64,000 nt of DNA, from assembly GCA_963712475.1 (NCBI GenBank), contig CAVQIA010000006.1:70290-134289 (forward strand). Direction: 5' to 3'. This stretch comes from an uncultured Chloroflexia bacterium. Its GTDB lineage: Bacteria; Chloroflexota; Anaerolineae; Anaerolineales; RBG-16-64-43. Shown here one piece after another: positions 1 to 10,115 of this stretch. The notes beneath the pieces were generated by a model that was not told the origin of the DNA, did no database searches, and saw only the letters and a list, made by a program, of their open reading frames with translations. Position 1 is the stretch's first letter. Each line of letters opens with the position of its first letter. The position numbers and the translations under genes are program-made.

Positions 1-329
1 TCGGCCGGGTAGGCGGGCCACGCACGCGCAGGGTCCGAGGTATCCGTGACAACGACCATCAATTCCTGATTGTAGGTGCGGGTCAGGGCCTGGCTGGCGT
101 CCGAGAGTGACATGTCGCCGAGGGGGAGCGAGGTCACGTACACCCCGGGGGCGATCCGATCGCTCTGCATGAATCCAAGATAGGCGACGAGTTCGACGAC
201 GAGGGGGATGGCGACCGCCAGCAAGGCGAGGAGCGCGAATCCACCCGCAAGGGCTGGCGCGAGTCTCGTTGTACGCCGCGGCCCTGCGGCCGGTGCGCTA
301 GGCGCAATGGGTTGCGTCGCTCCTACCAT
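1..329 (-). CDS. Partial CDS (N-terminal part only, runs off the left edge): membrane-anchored protein of unknown function
   Basis: Hand translation of the minus strand from the ATG at 329-327 gives MVGATQPIAPSAPAAGPRRTTRLAPALAGGFALLALLAVAIPLVVELVAYLGFMQSDRIAPGVYVTSLPLGDMSLSDASQALTRTYNQELMVVVTDTSD..., open down to base 3. One clear hydrophobic helix follows a basic stretch. It is absent from the ORF track because it is edge-truncated. Confidence 0.5.
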   Translation of the reverse strand, partial: MVGATQPIAPSAPAAGPRRTTRLAPALAGGFALLALLAVAIPLVVELVAYLGFMQSDRIAPGVYVTSLPLGDMSLSDASQALTRTYNQELMVVVTDTSDPARAWPAYPA

Positions 330-814
330 TCCCGGCTACCTGTTTGGATTCGGTCCGTTCGCATCTAGGCGGATGGTGCAAGAAGAATGCCCTGAGGCAA
401 TCGAGCCGGGGATTGTACTTTGCCCGCGCACGGCTGTGAAAAGAAGAGCAGCGTATCCTCAGGATTCGCCATTGGGAACCCGACCTCATTTGGAGGGACG
501 GTCTGCTCCGGCTAGCGGCGCAGGTCCTGACCGACCCGTGAGCCACCGACCTGCCAGCCCGGATCCACTGGCCCTTTGGCATGGCTCGCAGCCGCCGAAA
601 GTCACCAAACATCGGCGGCTACCTGTCGGACACTCTCAACGAAGCCGCTCCGCAAGGTAAAATGGCTTGCGCGGCGGTCTCATGCTGGGAGACCACCGCG
701 GGCAAATGAAGATGAACGACGCGTGTCGATCAACACATGCCAGCAGCGATGTCCGTTTCATCATGAGACGCTACCCCCAGGCGGCCTGCCTGGTGGAGGC
801 TGATATCAACTGAG

Positions 815-3589
815 GTGCAATCGATGTCCAGTAGAGTCAAGGCGATCCTCGATCCATCCCATGACGTGTTGCGCTACGAACGCCGGGCGCTCGACCCGAT
901 CTTCCAGCCCAGAAGCGTCGCCGTGGTGGGCGCAACAGAGTCGGCCGGCAGTGTGGGGCGCACCATCCTGTGGAACCTGATCAGCAATCCCTTCGGCGGC
1001 GTGGTCTACCCCGTCAACCCCAAACGCCCAAGTGTGCTCGGCATCAAGGCCTATCCGAATCTGGCGGGCGTGCCCGAGAAGGTGGACCTGGCTGTCATCG
1101 TTACACCGGCCGCCACCGTGCCGGGCATCATTGGCGAGTGCGTGGCAGCTGGCGTGGGCGGGGCAATTGTCATCTCGGCCGGATTCAAGGAAATCGGTGA
1201 GAAGGGCGTGGAGCTTGAACGTCAGATCCTGGCCCAGGCGCGCCGCTCTCACATGCGGCTCATCGGCCCCAACTGCCTGGGCGTGATGAACACGATGAAC
1301 GGGCTGAACGCCACCTTTGCCAGCGTCATGGCGCGGCCGGGCAAAGTGGGCTTCATCAGCCAGTCCGGCGCATTGTGCACCGCGGTGCTGGATTGGAGCC
1401 TGCGCGAGAATGTGGGCTTCAGCGCTTTCGTCTCCATCGGCTCGATGCTCGACGTCGATTGGGGCGACCTGATCGACTACCTGGGCGACGACCCGCGCAC
1501 GGAGAGCATCGTCATCTACATGGAGTCGATCGGCGATGCCCGCTCGTTCATCTCCTCGGCGCGTGAGGTCAGCCTCAACAAGCCGATCATCGTCATCAAA
1601 CCAGGCCGGACCGAGGGTGCCGCCCGCGCGGCTGCGTCGCACACCGGCTCGCTCACCGGCTCGGATGAAGTGCTCGAGGCGGCCTTCCGCCGATCGGGCG
1701 TGGTGCGCGTTAACTCGATCGCCGACCTGTTTCACATGGCCGACGTACTGGCCAAACAACCTCGGCCGAAGGGTCCGCGCCTGACCATCGTCACCAACGC
1801 CGGTGGGCCCGGGGTTATCGCCACCGATGCGCTGATCACCAGCGGCGGCGAGCTGGCCGAACTATCGGCAGCGACGACGGATGCGCTCAATCAATTGCTG
1901 CCCGCGGCCTGGAGCCACAACAACCCGATCGACGTCCTGGGGGATGCCAGTCCCGAGCGCTACGCCCAGGCTGTGGAGGTCGCGGCAAAGGATGCCGAGA
2001 GCGATGGGCTGCTGGTGGTGCTCACGCCCCAGTCGATGACCGACCCGACCCGAACGGCCGAGGGGCTGACTCCCTTTGCGCAATCCACCGGCAAGCCGGT
2101 CTTGGCCTCATGGATGGGGGGCGCCGATGTGCAGGTTGGCCAGACATTGCTCAACCGAGCCAACATCCCCACCTTCGAATACCCAGACACCGCCGCCCGG
2201 GTGTTCAGCTACATGTGGCGCTACTCCTACAACCTGCGCGGCTTGTACGAGACGCCCGCCCTGCAAAGCGACGGTGAGGGCGAGCCGATCGACCATGTTG
2301 CAGCCGAGAAAATCCTGGAGGCGGTGCGCACGGGCGGGCGCACGATTCTTACCGAGTATGAATCTAAGCAGCTCTTGGCTGCTTATGGCATTCCTTCAGT
2401 TGAGACGCGTATCGCTGTGAGCGAATCCGAAGCGGTGAAGATCGCCGAGGGCATGGGTTACCCGGTGGTGCTCAAGATCTACTCCGAGACCATCACGCAC
2501 AAAACCGATGTCGGTGGCGTCCAACTCAACCTGGCCGACGCCGATGAGGTGCGCCGAGCCTACCGCGCGATCGAGCATGCGGTGAAGGCACATCGCTCGG
2601 CCGCGGGCGGAAAGGCGGGAGCTAAGGACTTCATGGGTGTTACGGTCCAGCCCATGGTCGAGCGCGCGGGCTATGAGCTGATCCTGGGCTCGAGCATCGA
2701 TGCGCAGTTCGGGCCGGTACTGCTCTTCGGCTCAGGGGGGCAGCTGGTGGAGGTCTACAAGGACCGATCGCTCGCACTGCCGCCGCTGACCACCACCCTG
2801 GCCCGGCGCATGATGGAACAGACCCGGGTCTACAAGGCCCTCATGGGTGTACGCGGGCGCACGCCGATCGACCTGGAGGCGCTCTCGCACCTGATGGTTC
2901 GCTTTGGGCAGCTAGTGGTCGAGCAACGCTGGATCCGCGAGATCGACATCAACCCGCTGATGGCTTCGCCGGAGGGTTTTGTCGCGCTGGATGCGCGGGT
3001 GGTGCTGCACGACCCGCAGCTCACGGCGGCGCAACTGCCCAAGCTCGCGATTCGACCTTACCCCTCGCGCTATGTCTGGAGCTGGACGGCCAAAGATGGG
3101 ACGCGCGTGGTCATCCGGCCGATCCGCCCGGAAGACGAACCGGCCATGGTCAGCTTCCACGAAGGGCTCTCCGATCACAGCGTGTATCTGCGTTTCCTGC
3201 ATCCGATGATGCTCAGCCAACGTGTGCAGCATGAGCGCCTGGCGCGCATATGCTTCACCGACTACGACCGGGAGATGGTGCTCGTGGCGGAACTGCAGGA
3301 TCCGCCCAACGGCAAACCGGTCATTGTGGGGGCCTCGCGCGTCGACAAGATCCACGGCGCCGACGAAGGCCAGTTCTCAACCCTGATCTCGGACTCGTTC
3401 CAGGGGCGGGGCCTGGGGAGTGAGATGATGCGCCGCAGCCTGCAGATCGCGCGCGATGAGAAGCTCACCCAGGTGACCTCGGTGATTACGGAGGACAATC
3501 ACATCATGCAGGGGGTTTTCCAGCGCATGGGGTTCACCGTCCTGCCGCCGGACGACAAGGGGCACGTCACGGCACACCTCAAACTGTAG
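815..3589 (+). CDS. Pat/YfiQ-type fusion: ADP-forming acyl-CoA synthetase-like region plus C-terminal GNAT acetyltransferase (protein lysine acetyltransferase-like)
   Basis: 924 aa. It has an N-terminal CoA-binding Rossmann region ([18 protein letters not shown]), succinyl-CoA-synthetase-like and ATP-grasp-like middle regions, and a C-terminal GNAT with the Q/RxxGxG motif ([11 protein letters not shown]). The ORF starts at a GTG at 815. An in-frame ATG at 824 is preceded by GAGG. Confidence 0.88.
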   Translation: MQSMSSRVKAILDPSHDVLRYERRALDPIFQPRSVAVVGATESAGSVGRTILWNLISNPFGGVVYPVNPKRPSVLGIKAYPNLAGVPEKVDLAVIVTPAATVPGIIGECVAAGVGGAIVISAGFKEIGEKGVELERQILAQARRSHMRLIGPNCLGVMNTMNGLNATFASVMARPGKVGFISQSGALCTAVLDWSLRENVGFSAFVSIGSMLDVDWGDLIDYLGDDPRTESIVIYMESIGDARSFISSAREVSLNKPIIVIKPGRTEGAARAAASHTGSLTGSDEVLEAAFRRSGVVRVNSIADLFHMADVLAKQPRPKGPRLTIVTNAGGPGVIATDALITSGGELAELSAATTDALNQLLPAAWSHNNPIDVLGDASPERYAQAVEVAAKDAESDGLLVVLTPQSMTDPTRTAEGLTPFAQSTGKPVLASWMGGADVQVGQTLLNRANIPTFEYPDTAARVFSYMWRYSYNLRGLYETPALQSDGEGEPIDHVAAEKILEAVRTGGRTILTEYESKQLLAAYGIPSVETRIAVSESEAVKIAEGMGYPVVLKIYSETITHKTDVGGVQLNLADADEVRRAYRAIEHAVKAHRSAAGGKAGAKDFMGVTVQPMVERAGYELILGSSIDAQFGPVLLFGSGGQLVEVYKDRSLALPPLTTTLARRMMEQTRVYKALMGVRGRTPIDLEALSHLMVRFGQLVVEQRWIREIDINPLMASPEGFVALDARVVLHDPQLTAAQLPKLAIRPYPSRYVWSWTAKDGTRVVIRPIRPEDEPAMVSFHEGLSDHSVYLRFLHPMMLSQRVQHERLARICFTDYDREMVLVAELQDPPNGKPVIVGASRVDKIHGADEGQFSTLISDSFQGRGLGSEMMRRSLQIARDEKLTQVTSVITEDNHIMQGVFQRMGFTVLPPDDKGHVTAHLKL

Positions 3590-3623
3590 CCCGGTGCGCA
3601 ATCCCGGTCATGCCATGGAATCG

Positions 3624-3650
3624 CAATCGCGGCCACGCCGGCCGCGATTG
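3624..3650. terminator. Hairpin between convergent genes (candidate bidirectional terminator)
   Basis: caatcgcggcc-acgcc-ggccgcgattg forms an 11-bp perfect stem followed by ttcacgatt. It lies between the stop of the Pat-like gene (3589) and the stop of the minus-strand cyclophilin gene (3676). Confidence 0.5.
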
Positions 3651-3675
3651 TTCACGATTGGCGCGAAACACACGC

Positions 3676-4185
3676 TCAGGTCTCGAGGATATCGATCGAA
3701 GTGATCTTCGTGCCGGGCTCCTTGGCCCGCGCCGGGTCGCGATCGGGAATGGCCAAGACCACATCTATCCCCTTGATCACCTTGCCAAACACACTGTGCT
3801 TGTTGTCCAGGTGAGGCGTGGCGCGGTGGATGATAAAGAATTGGCTGCCATTGGTGTTCGGTCCGGCATTGGCCATTGAAATCACGCCCGGAGCGTCGTG
3901 ACGCAACCCGGGGTGGAACTCGTCTGCGAACCGATACCCGGGGCCGCCGCTGCCCGATCCGGTCGGGTCGCCGCCTTGCGCCATGAAATCGCGGATGACC
4001 CGGTGGAAGGTGACGCCGTTGTAAAACCCTTCCCGCGCAAGGAAGACGAAGTTGTTCACCGTCTTGGGTGCCCGATCGGCGTAAAGCTCAACTGTGAAGT
4101 CGCCCTTCTCGGTATGGAAAGTGGCGCTGTAGCGCTTCTTGCTGTCAATTGTCATGGCCGGGGCGGAGTTGTACTGTTTGGGCAC
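3676..4185 (-). CDS. ppiB: Peptidyl-prolyl cis-trans isomerase, cyclophilin type
   Basis: 169 aa with canonical cyclophilin blocks: [48 protein letters not shown] and HSVFGKV. Confidence 0.92.
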   Translation of the reverse strand: MPKQYNSAPAMTIDSKKRYSATFHTEKGDFTVELYADRAPKTVNNFVFLAREGFYNGVTFHRVIRDFMAQGGDPTGSGSGGPGYRFADEFHPGLRHDAPGVISMANAGPNTNGSQFFIIHRATPHLDNKHSVFGKVIKGIDVVLAIPDRDPARAKEPGTKITSIDILET

Positions 4186-4274
4186 AAGGCCTCCTCGTGA
4201 ACCTGGAATAGCGGAATTGTACTCGATGGCCCGTCGGCGGAGCGCCGAATAGGTGCTCCGATATACAATGGCTC

Positions 4275-4544
4275 GTGCCGGGAAGACGGACTGCGATGGA
4301 GGACGAGCGCACTTTCACTGAGCAGGAACTCCGCCGCCTCACAGGCGAGCGAGGCGCGCGCATGTGTATCGCCTACCAGGGAGTCGTATACGATGTGAGC
4401 GAATGCGCCAAGTGGCACACCGGCATCCACGAGGGACTGCACTTCCCCGGCCAGGACCTGACTTCCGAGTTTCCCGACGCGCCGCACGGCCTGGAAGTCT
4501 TCGGGCACCCGTGTGTGAAGCGGGTGGGCCGGTTGAAGGGGTGA
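4275..4544 (+). CDS. Small cytochrome b5-like heme/steroid-binding domain protein
   Basis: 89 aa. [63 protein letters not shown] matches the pattern of the small prokaryotic predicted heme/steroid-binding proteins (Y.G.VYDV....W..G.H...H.AG.DLT.....APHG). The likely start is the internal ATG at 4296 (MEDERTF). Confidence 0.65.
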   Translation: MPGRRTAMEDERTFTEQELRRLTGERGARMCIAYQGVVYDVSECAKWHTGIHEGLHFPGQDLTSEFPDAPHGLEVFGHPCVKRVGRLKG

Positions 4545-4953
4545 TGACGCCGTCGAAGTGGGCCTGGTCAAGCATCGAAAGCCGCCACCCGGCGGGTCCA
4601 CCGCCCGCATGGGTATCGTGCCGATGGCAGCGCAATCGTTGATGAGCGATGCTCAGCTCGCCCGGCATCTGGGGGCGGACGAGATGCTTGGGCTCGAGGA
4701 ACGCATGCAGGGCGCGCGACAGCGGCGGACGGGCCGCCGGATTGAGAGTTCGGCGACCAATCGATGAACAGCGTCTCTGCCAACCGCTCGAGCTCTATGA
4801 CGCGCAAGGTGGAGAGCGGAGTTTGACCTGTTCCCGCTGGCGCCCGCCGCAGCGTGCCACCGCGATTTGGCATAGATCCACCTAACGCCTGGGAGCGCTT
4901 CGCAACGCGATGCCGAGCTTCTCGGGTTCCGCCTGGCGTATGCCGAATGCGGG

Positions 4954-6021
4954 ATGCGGCGCCCGACATCAACAGGAGGTCGACCATGCAGCGTGAACTC
5001 ATCCAAGCCTCAGCCCTCCTCGACCGGGATGGCCGTCTGTCGGCAGGTCGGCTGGTCGCGGCAGCCGCTGCTCGACTGCAACCTTGAAGCGACGCGCTTC
5101 TATCGCCTGCGGGCGTTGCAGTGGCTACGCCTCAAGCGCTGGGATTACTACGGCCTGACCACGCCCGAGTTCTATTTCTCGGCGACCCTGGCCCACCTCG
5201 GCTATGCAGGGACCGTTTTCGTCTACGTCATCGATTTTGCGACGGGCGCAATGCACGAAGAGACCCTGCTCGTGCCTCTCGGTCGTGGAATCCGACTCCC
5301 GCGCAACAGCGACAGCGGTGAGAGCTCATTCGCCGGCAAGGCCGCCCAGCTGCGGTTTTCGGCGGAGGGCGGCGCGCGACACGTACAGGTGACGTGGCCC
5401 GCCTTCAACCATGGCGAGGGCCTCGAAGCCGACGTGGAGATGGCCCTTCCGCCCGCGCACGAGTCGATGAACATCGTGATCCCGATCCCGCCGAAGCGCT
5501 TCTACTTCAACCGCAAGATCAACTGCATGCGCGCCAACGGCTGGGTTAAGCGTGGCCAACAAACGGTCACGCTCGCGCCTGAGCGCTGCCTCGGCAACTT
5601 GGATTGGGGGCGCGGCGTCTGGGATTACTCCAGCTTCTGGGTGTGGGCGAGCGCCTCAGGTTTCCTCGCGGATGGCCGTCGTATCGGCCTCAACCTGGGC
5701 TACGGCTTCGGCGACACATCGGACGCGACGGAGAATGCGCTTATCCTCGACGGGAGAATTCACAAGTTGGACCAGGTGGCCTTCGACTACAATGGGCAGG
5801 ACTTCATGCGCCCGTGGCATCTCTCGGCTGTGGATGGCCGTTTGGACCTCGAGTTTGTGCCCTTCAAGGATCGCACGGCCCGCAGCGACGTCCTCTTCAT
5901 TCACAGCGAAGTCCACCAGATGTTCGGACGCTATCGCGGCCACGTTCTGACCGATGGCGGTGAGCGAATTTCAATCCAGGGATTGACGGGGTTTGCCGAA
6001 GAGCACCATGCCCGGTGGTAA
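4954..6021 (+). CDS. DUF2804-like protein
   Basis: 355 aa. The GWSRQPLLDCNLE...LKRWDYYGLTTPEFYFSATLAHLGYAGTVFVYVIDF pattern is what I recognise as the DUF2804 family. The N-terminus is uncertain: an internal ATG at 5029 is possible, or a frameshift from the MQRELIQASALLDRDGRL frame that starts near 4987. Confidence 0.65.
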   Translation: MRRPTSTGGRPCSVNSSKPQPSSTGMAVCRQVGWSRQPLLDCNLEATRFYRLRALQWLRLKRWDYYGLTTPEFYFSATLAHLGYAGTVFVYVIDFATGAMHEETLLVPLGRGIRLPRNSDSGESSFAGKAAQLRFSAEGGARHVQVTWPAFNHGEGLEADVEMALPPAHESMNIVIPIPPKRFYFNRKINCMRANGWVKRGQQTVTLAPERCLGNLDWGRGVWDYSSFWVWASASGFLADGRRIGLNLGYGFGDTSDATENALILDGRIHKLDQVAFDYNGQDFMRPWHLSAVDGRLDLEFVPFKDRTARSDVLFIHSEVHQMFGRYRGHVLTDGGERISIQGLTGFAEEHHARW

Positions 6022-6034
6022 CCGCTGACTCGCG

Positions 6035-6655
6035 ATGAGGGCCGCTCGACTCCGCTGGCACGGTGAGGGGCCCTTCGTGGGAGAGGTGACAATGCTGCGA
6101 CACCCGTTCGAAGTTGTGCCCGCAACCCGGCGCGTTTTGTTCTGGATCGCGGCGGCCTTGGGCACCGTGGCGGTCATGCTGGTCTTCAACGTGACCGGTG
6201 CACCCACGATCACGCCGGCCGCCCCCCAGGGCATCGTCTCCCTCGAGCTTGCGGGAAGCGCCGAGGCCGCCGGGAGCATTCTGGCCTCATGGAATGCGGC
6301 CGCCAGTCTGCGAGCGGCATTCGGGCTGGGGTTGGACTTCCTGTTCGCTCTGTTGTACGCGGTGACCATCGGCGCGGCGTGCGTCTGGGCGGCGAGGGCG
6401 TTTCGCCCCGTGTGGCCCGGCCTTGCGGCCGGCGGGGTCTTGCTGGCTTGGGAGATGGGCCTGGCCGCACTGTTCGACTACTTAGAGAACATCGCCCTGT
6501 TGGCAATCCTATTCGGCGGCGCGCATTCCCCCTTGCCTGAGATCGCACGCGCTCTGGCACTGCTCAAGTTCTGTCTGATCGGGGTGGCCCTGGTCTACGT
6601 CGCGCTGGGTGCCTTCCTGCGCGCGGTAAGCCTCCTGACGCGCCGCCCGAGGTAA
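6035..6655 (+). CDS. Integral membrane protein, unknown function
   Basis: 206 aa with about 5 hydrophobic segments (VLFWIAAALGTVAVMLVF, LDFLFALLYAVTIGAACVW, GLAAGGVLLAWEMGLAALF, LKFCLIGVALVYVALGAF). The likely start is the ATG at 6092 (MLRHPF). Confidence 0.5.
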   Translation: MRAARLRWHGEGPFVGEVTMLRHPFEVVPATRRVLFWIAAALGTVAVMLVFNVTGAPTITPAAPQGIVSLELAGSAEAAGSILASWNAAASLRAAFGLGLDFLFALLYAVTIGAACVWAARAFRPVWPGLAAGGVLLAWEMGLAALFDYLENIALLAILFGGAHSPLPEIARALALLKFCLIGVALVYVALGAFLRAVSLLTRRPR

Positions 6656-6726
6656 TCTTGTCGGAATTCATTCTTCCCCATATCCGGGGCACCTATAGCC
6701 AATCCTGAGCATCCGGGAGACCACAC

Positions 6727-8005
6727 ATGCTCGCCAAACGCATTTGGGTGGCAGTGATCCTGCTAGGTTTCTCAGGGCAACTGGCTTGGTCGGTGGAGAA
6801 TCAGTTCTTCAACACGTTTATGTATGACCGGATCACGCCGGATCCGCGGCCGATCTCATGGATGGTCGCAGCCAGCGCCATTACGGCCACAGTGGCCAGC
6901 ATTCTCATGGGCGCCCTCAGCGATCGCACACGCAGCCGGTGGGGAGTGCGCCGCCCCTACATCCTTGCCGGCTATGTTGCCTGGGGCCTCTTCACCGCTT
7001 TGTACCCGACGGCCGCATTCCTGCGTCCCATGGGCCTGGCCGTCACGATGGCGATTGTCTTCGACTCGGTGATGACATTCTGCGGCTCGACCGCCAATGA
7101 TGCCGCCTTCAATGCCTACGTGGCCGATGTCACGACCGAGAAGAACCGCGGACGGGTGATCGGGGTCGTGCAACTCCTGACCTGGGTTGCGCTCCTGGTG
7201 GTATACGGCGGAGCCGGGCTGTTCATCCAGGCGCTGGGTTACGACCTGTTCTTCTACGTGTTGGGCGGTGTGGTGATCGTCTTCGGACTGGTGGGCGGGG
7301 CAGTGATGCACGAGCCCGCAGCCAAGGCAGTCCCGACGGGTTCGTTGGGCGCCCAAATCGCGGAGACCTTCCGTTGGCGGAGTCTACGAGAAAACCGCGA
7401 CCTCTTCCTTGTGCTCTTGGCTATGGGGTTGTGGGGCGTGGCCCAGCAAATCTTCTTCCCGTACCTGATCATCTACCTCAACCACTTCTTGAAGCTGCCC
7501 ACCGCCCAGGCTTCATTGCTGATATTCGTCGCGATCCTGGTGGGCGGAATCTTCGGCCTCCTACCCCGTCGGGTTGGCGGTCGATCGCTGGGGCCGCCGC
7601 CGGCTCGCCATCGCCACCGTCGTGGCCGAGATGGTGGGGCTGTTCCTTTTTTCGCTGGCGCGCTCGTTGCCCATGCTCGCGATCACTGCCATCTTGTGGC
7701 TTGCGCCCATCACGGCCTGGACGATTTCGATCGGCGCCTGGTCGAAAGACCTCTTTCCAGAGGATAAGCGCGGCCAATTTGCTGGCTATGTGATTCTCTT
7801 CTCGGTTGCCTTCACCATGGTGCCCGGTCCGCTGGTGGGCGGCTGGCTGGCTACACGCTTTGGGATTCCCACCGTTCTTGACGGCCGCGCCGGCTTCATC
7901 CCAACTCCAATCCTCTTCCAGGCTGCGGCAGCCGCCACGGTCCTTGCGATCCTGCCCTTGTTGGCGACGGGCCGACGGTCGTCGGTGACCCAACCCACGA
8001 CCTGA
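6727..8005 (+). pseudogene. MFS transporter interrupted by one frameshift (about 7555-7575)
   Basis: ORF 6727..7767 reads as an MFS N-half (LSDRTRSRWGVRRPYIL). It degenerates into Arg/Pro-rich text after ...LVGGIFGL, while ORF 7574..8005 continues sensibly (VDRWGRRRLAIATVVAEMVGLFLF...SKDLFPEDKRGQFAGY). Joined, the two give a typical 12-TM-sized MFS protein. Confidence 0.8.
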
Positions 8006-8019
8006 GCTGCGCCTCGCCA

Positions 8020-8367
8020 GTGGGCGACGAAGGGGGGTGCCGCATGGCTGTTCCAGAGATCCTCGTCCGCAAACTGTATGTCCCGGGAAGCTTCGCCGAG
8101 CTCGAGGACGGGTTCGCCTTTGTGTTGCGCAACACCTTTGCGCCGGCTACCGTGCAGAGCTTCGCGATCGAGGTCGACGGGTCACCGGTCCCTGCGGGTG
8201 CGGTCGCATTGACCCTCGCGGCCGGCCTACCCATGACCTCGCAGATGTTGAGCGAAGCAGGGCCGCTGACTCTTCGGTGTGGGTGCGGACCTGCGGGTGC
8301 AGGTCCGCGGGGTCGCCCGCCGGCCGCGCGTCGTGCGCCTTCGCGCCATGACACGCGAGGTGGGTGA
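8020..8367 (+). CDS. Small hypothetical protein, probably frameshifted near 8275
   Basis: From the ATG at 8044 it reads MAVPEILVRKLYVPGSFAELEDGFAFVLRNTFAPATVQSFAIEVDGSPVPAGAVALTL...AGPLTLR, which looks like a real beta-rich protein. After about 8275 this frame turns into Gly/Pro/Arg text. The next frame (the 5' part of ORF 8279) reads GADLRVQVRGVA...VVRLRAMTREVGEISARLPL. Confidence 0.35.
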   Translation: MGDEGGCRMAVPEILVRKLYVPGSFAELEDGFAFVLRNTFAPATVQSFAIEVDGSPVPAGAVALTLAAGLPMTSQMLSEAGPLTLRCGCGPAGAGPRGRPPAARRAPSRHDTRGG

Positions 8368-8455
8368 AATCTCGGCCCGCCTGCCGCTGCGCGAGAGGAA
8401 GCCGGCTCGAAGCACGGCGCGAGCCCGCGAGCGGCGCAGGTGGGTTAACTGGCCG

Positions 8456-9952
8456 ATGCAGACGTCGGTCGAAGTAAGCACTGAAGATGTTACAGGTGAA
8501 ATCGACCCGCGCATCTATGGCCACTTTGTCGAACACCTCGAGCGCTGCGTCTATGGCGGGATCTGGACCGAGAATGGGGAACGCTTGCGGCCCGACACCC
8601 TGCAACTGGTCCGCGAGTTGCGTCCAACGCTCATTCGTTATCCCGGGGGCAATTTCGCCAGTGGGTACCACTGGGAAGACGGTATCGGTCCGCGGTGGCA
8701 GCGTCCGCCTCGCTTCGACAAAGCGTGGCAGGCCTCGGAATCCAACCAGGTGGGCACGGATGAGTTCATCCAGTTCTGCGGCGACGTGGGAGCCGAGCCC
8801 TTCCTGGTGGTCAACGACGGCTCCGGCACGCCCCAAGAGGCGGCGGGTTGGGTGGCATACTGCAACGACCCGCTGAGTACACCACAAGGCAAACGCCGCG
8901 CCGAGAACGGGCACCTGGCACCCTACCACGTGCGCCTGTGGGGAGTTGGCAACGAAGTGTGGGGGCCGTGGCAGATCGGCCACGCGCCAGTCGAGGAATA
9001 CGTTCGCCGGCTGCAGGTCTTCGCCACCGCGATGCGTCAGGTGGACCCTGGCCTGCAACTCGTGGCTGTTGGGAACGGGCCCCTGAGCGACGCGCCCGGC
9101 GACCCCGCCGCCACATGGAACGAGCAGGTGCTGCGCTCGGCCGGCAACTCGTTTGACCACCTCTCCTTCCACATCTATCAGCCGGAGAAGGAGGGATGGG
9201 GCGCGCCGCTCGACGCGGAGACGCTGCATCACACGCTGTGCGCTGCGCCGCTCGACGTCGAAGCGATCATCTCGCGCATGGCGCGTCAGATCCGCAGCCT
9301 CTCGCCGCGGCGGGCGATTTGCGTGGCTTTGGACGAGTGGAACGTCTGGCCGACCCCGCCTGAGGACGCCGCGACAATGCACCGGGTGGTGTATACCCTG
9401 CGCGATGCGCTTTACGTGGCGGGCATGCTGAACGTGTTTCACCGATCGGCCGGCGACCTGGCCATCGCCAACCTGGCCCAGCTCGTGAACGTTTTGCCGC
9501 TCATCGTGACCGACGCGACTCGCGCCATCCCCACCGCGATCTACTTTCCCTTCTTGCTCTATCGGGAGATGTATGGGCAGGCACTGCGCTCGAACGTCCA
9601 TGGGCCGAGCTTCAACAGCCGCGGGCTGGCGAACATCCACGGGCACCACCGGGTGCCGTATGTTGATATCAGCGCCACCCGCGATGCGCCGGGACGGCGC
9701 ATGGCAGTTGCCCTGCTCAACCGTCACCCCGCGCGGCAGGCTCGCATACGCGTGGTGCTGGACGGCCGAGGCTCGTGGACTGCGACGGGTGCGAGGCTGA
9801 TGACAGCGCGCCATCCGCTCGAGGCGAACACCCTTGAGGTCCCTGACCGGGTGGGGATCCGCAGCATCGAGGTGCCGGAGGTCCGTGGCGGTCGTTTCGA
9901 TTGCCGGCTCCCCGCGTCATCCCTGATGATGGTCACGCTCACCTCGCAGTGA
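8456..9952 (+). CDS. abfA: Alpha-L-arabinofuranosidase, glycoside hydrolase family 51
   Basis: The GH51 hallmarks are present: IDPRIYGHFVEHLERCVYGGIW, IRYPGGNFASGYHWEDGIGP, the acid/base block WGVGNEVWGPWQIGH and the nucleophile block ALDEWNVW. The start is set at the internal ATG (residue 60 of ORF 8279..9952, MQTSVEVS). The upstream part of that ORF is Arg-rich and belongs to the small upstream gene or is noncoding. Confidence 0.9.
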   Translation: MQTSVEVSTEDVTGEIDPRIYGHFVEHLERCVYGGIWTENGERLRPDTLQLVRELRPTLIRYPGGNFASGYHWEDGIGPRWQRPPRFDKAWQASESNQVGTDEFIQFCGDVGAEPFLVVNDGSGTPQEAAGWVAYCNDPLSTPQGKRRAENGHLAPYHVRLWGVGNEVWGPWQIGHAPVEEYVRRLQVFATAMRQVDPGLQLVAVGNGPLSDAPGDPAATWNEQVLRSAGNSFDHLSFHIYQPEKEGWGAPLDAETLHHTLCAAPLDVEAIISRMARQIRSLSPRRAICVALDEWNVWPTPPEDAATMHRVVYTLRDALYVAGMLNVFHRSAGDLAIANLAQLVNVLPLIVTDATRAIPTAIYFPFLLYREMYGQALRSNVHGPSFNSRGLANIHGHHRVPYVDISATRDAPGRRMAVALLNRHPARQARIRVVLDGRGSWTATGARLMTARHPLEANTLEVPDRVGIRSIEVPEVRGGRFDCRLPASSLMMVTLTSQ

Positions 9953-10115
9953 CGGGCGGCAGCCCGTTTCGAGCCTATCTGAGCCTGACCTATCTCCGCC
10001 AGGCAAGGACGACGCTCCGGGTGAGTTCGCCCGCCTGCCGGATGCGCAACGCGGGGGTTCGACGCAGGCTGCACGAGACGAGGGTCTTTCTGATTATCAC
10101 TTCTCCGGGTGCCTC

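Noticed and set aside
4545-4953. Several overlapping 70-150-aa ORFs on both strands between the b5-like gene and the DUF2804-like gene.
   Set aside because: The translations are Arg/Ala/Gly/Pro-rich without hydrophobic cores or motifs, and the ORFs overlap each other in multiple frames. This is typical of random open frames in GC-rich DNA. Part of the region may belong to the true N-terminus or leader of the DUF2804-like gene.
8147-9814. A 555-aa ORF on the minus strand opposite the GH51 gene. Similar long antisense ORFs lie at 24804..26459, 37417..39168, 44100..45761, 47962..49779, 58087..59343, 59440..60804 and 60509..61672.
   Set aside because: All are mirror-frame shadows of well-supported plus-strand genes in GC-rich DNA. 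Their translations are Arg/Gly/Pro/His-rich low-complexity text with no recognisable motifs.
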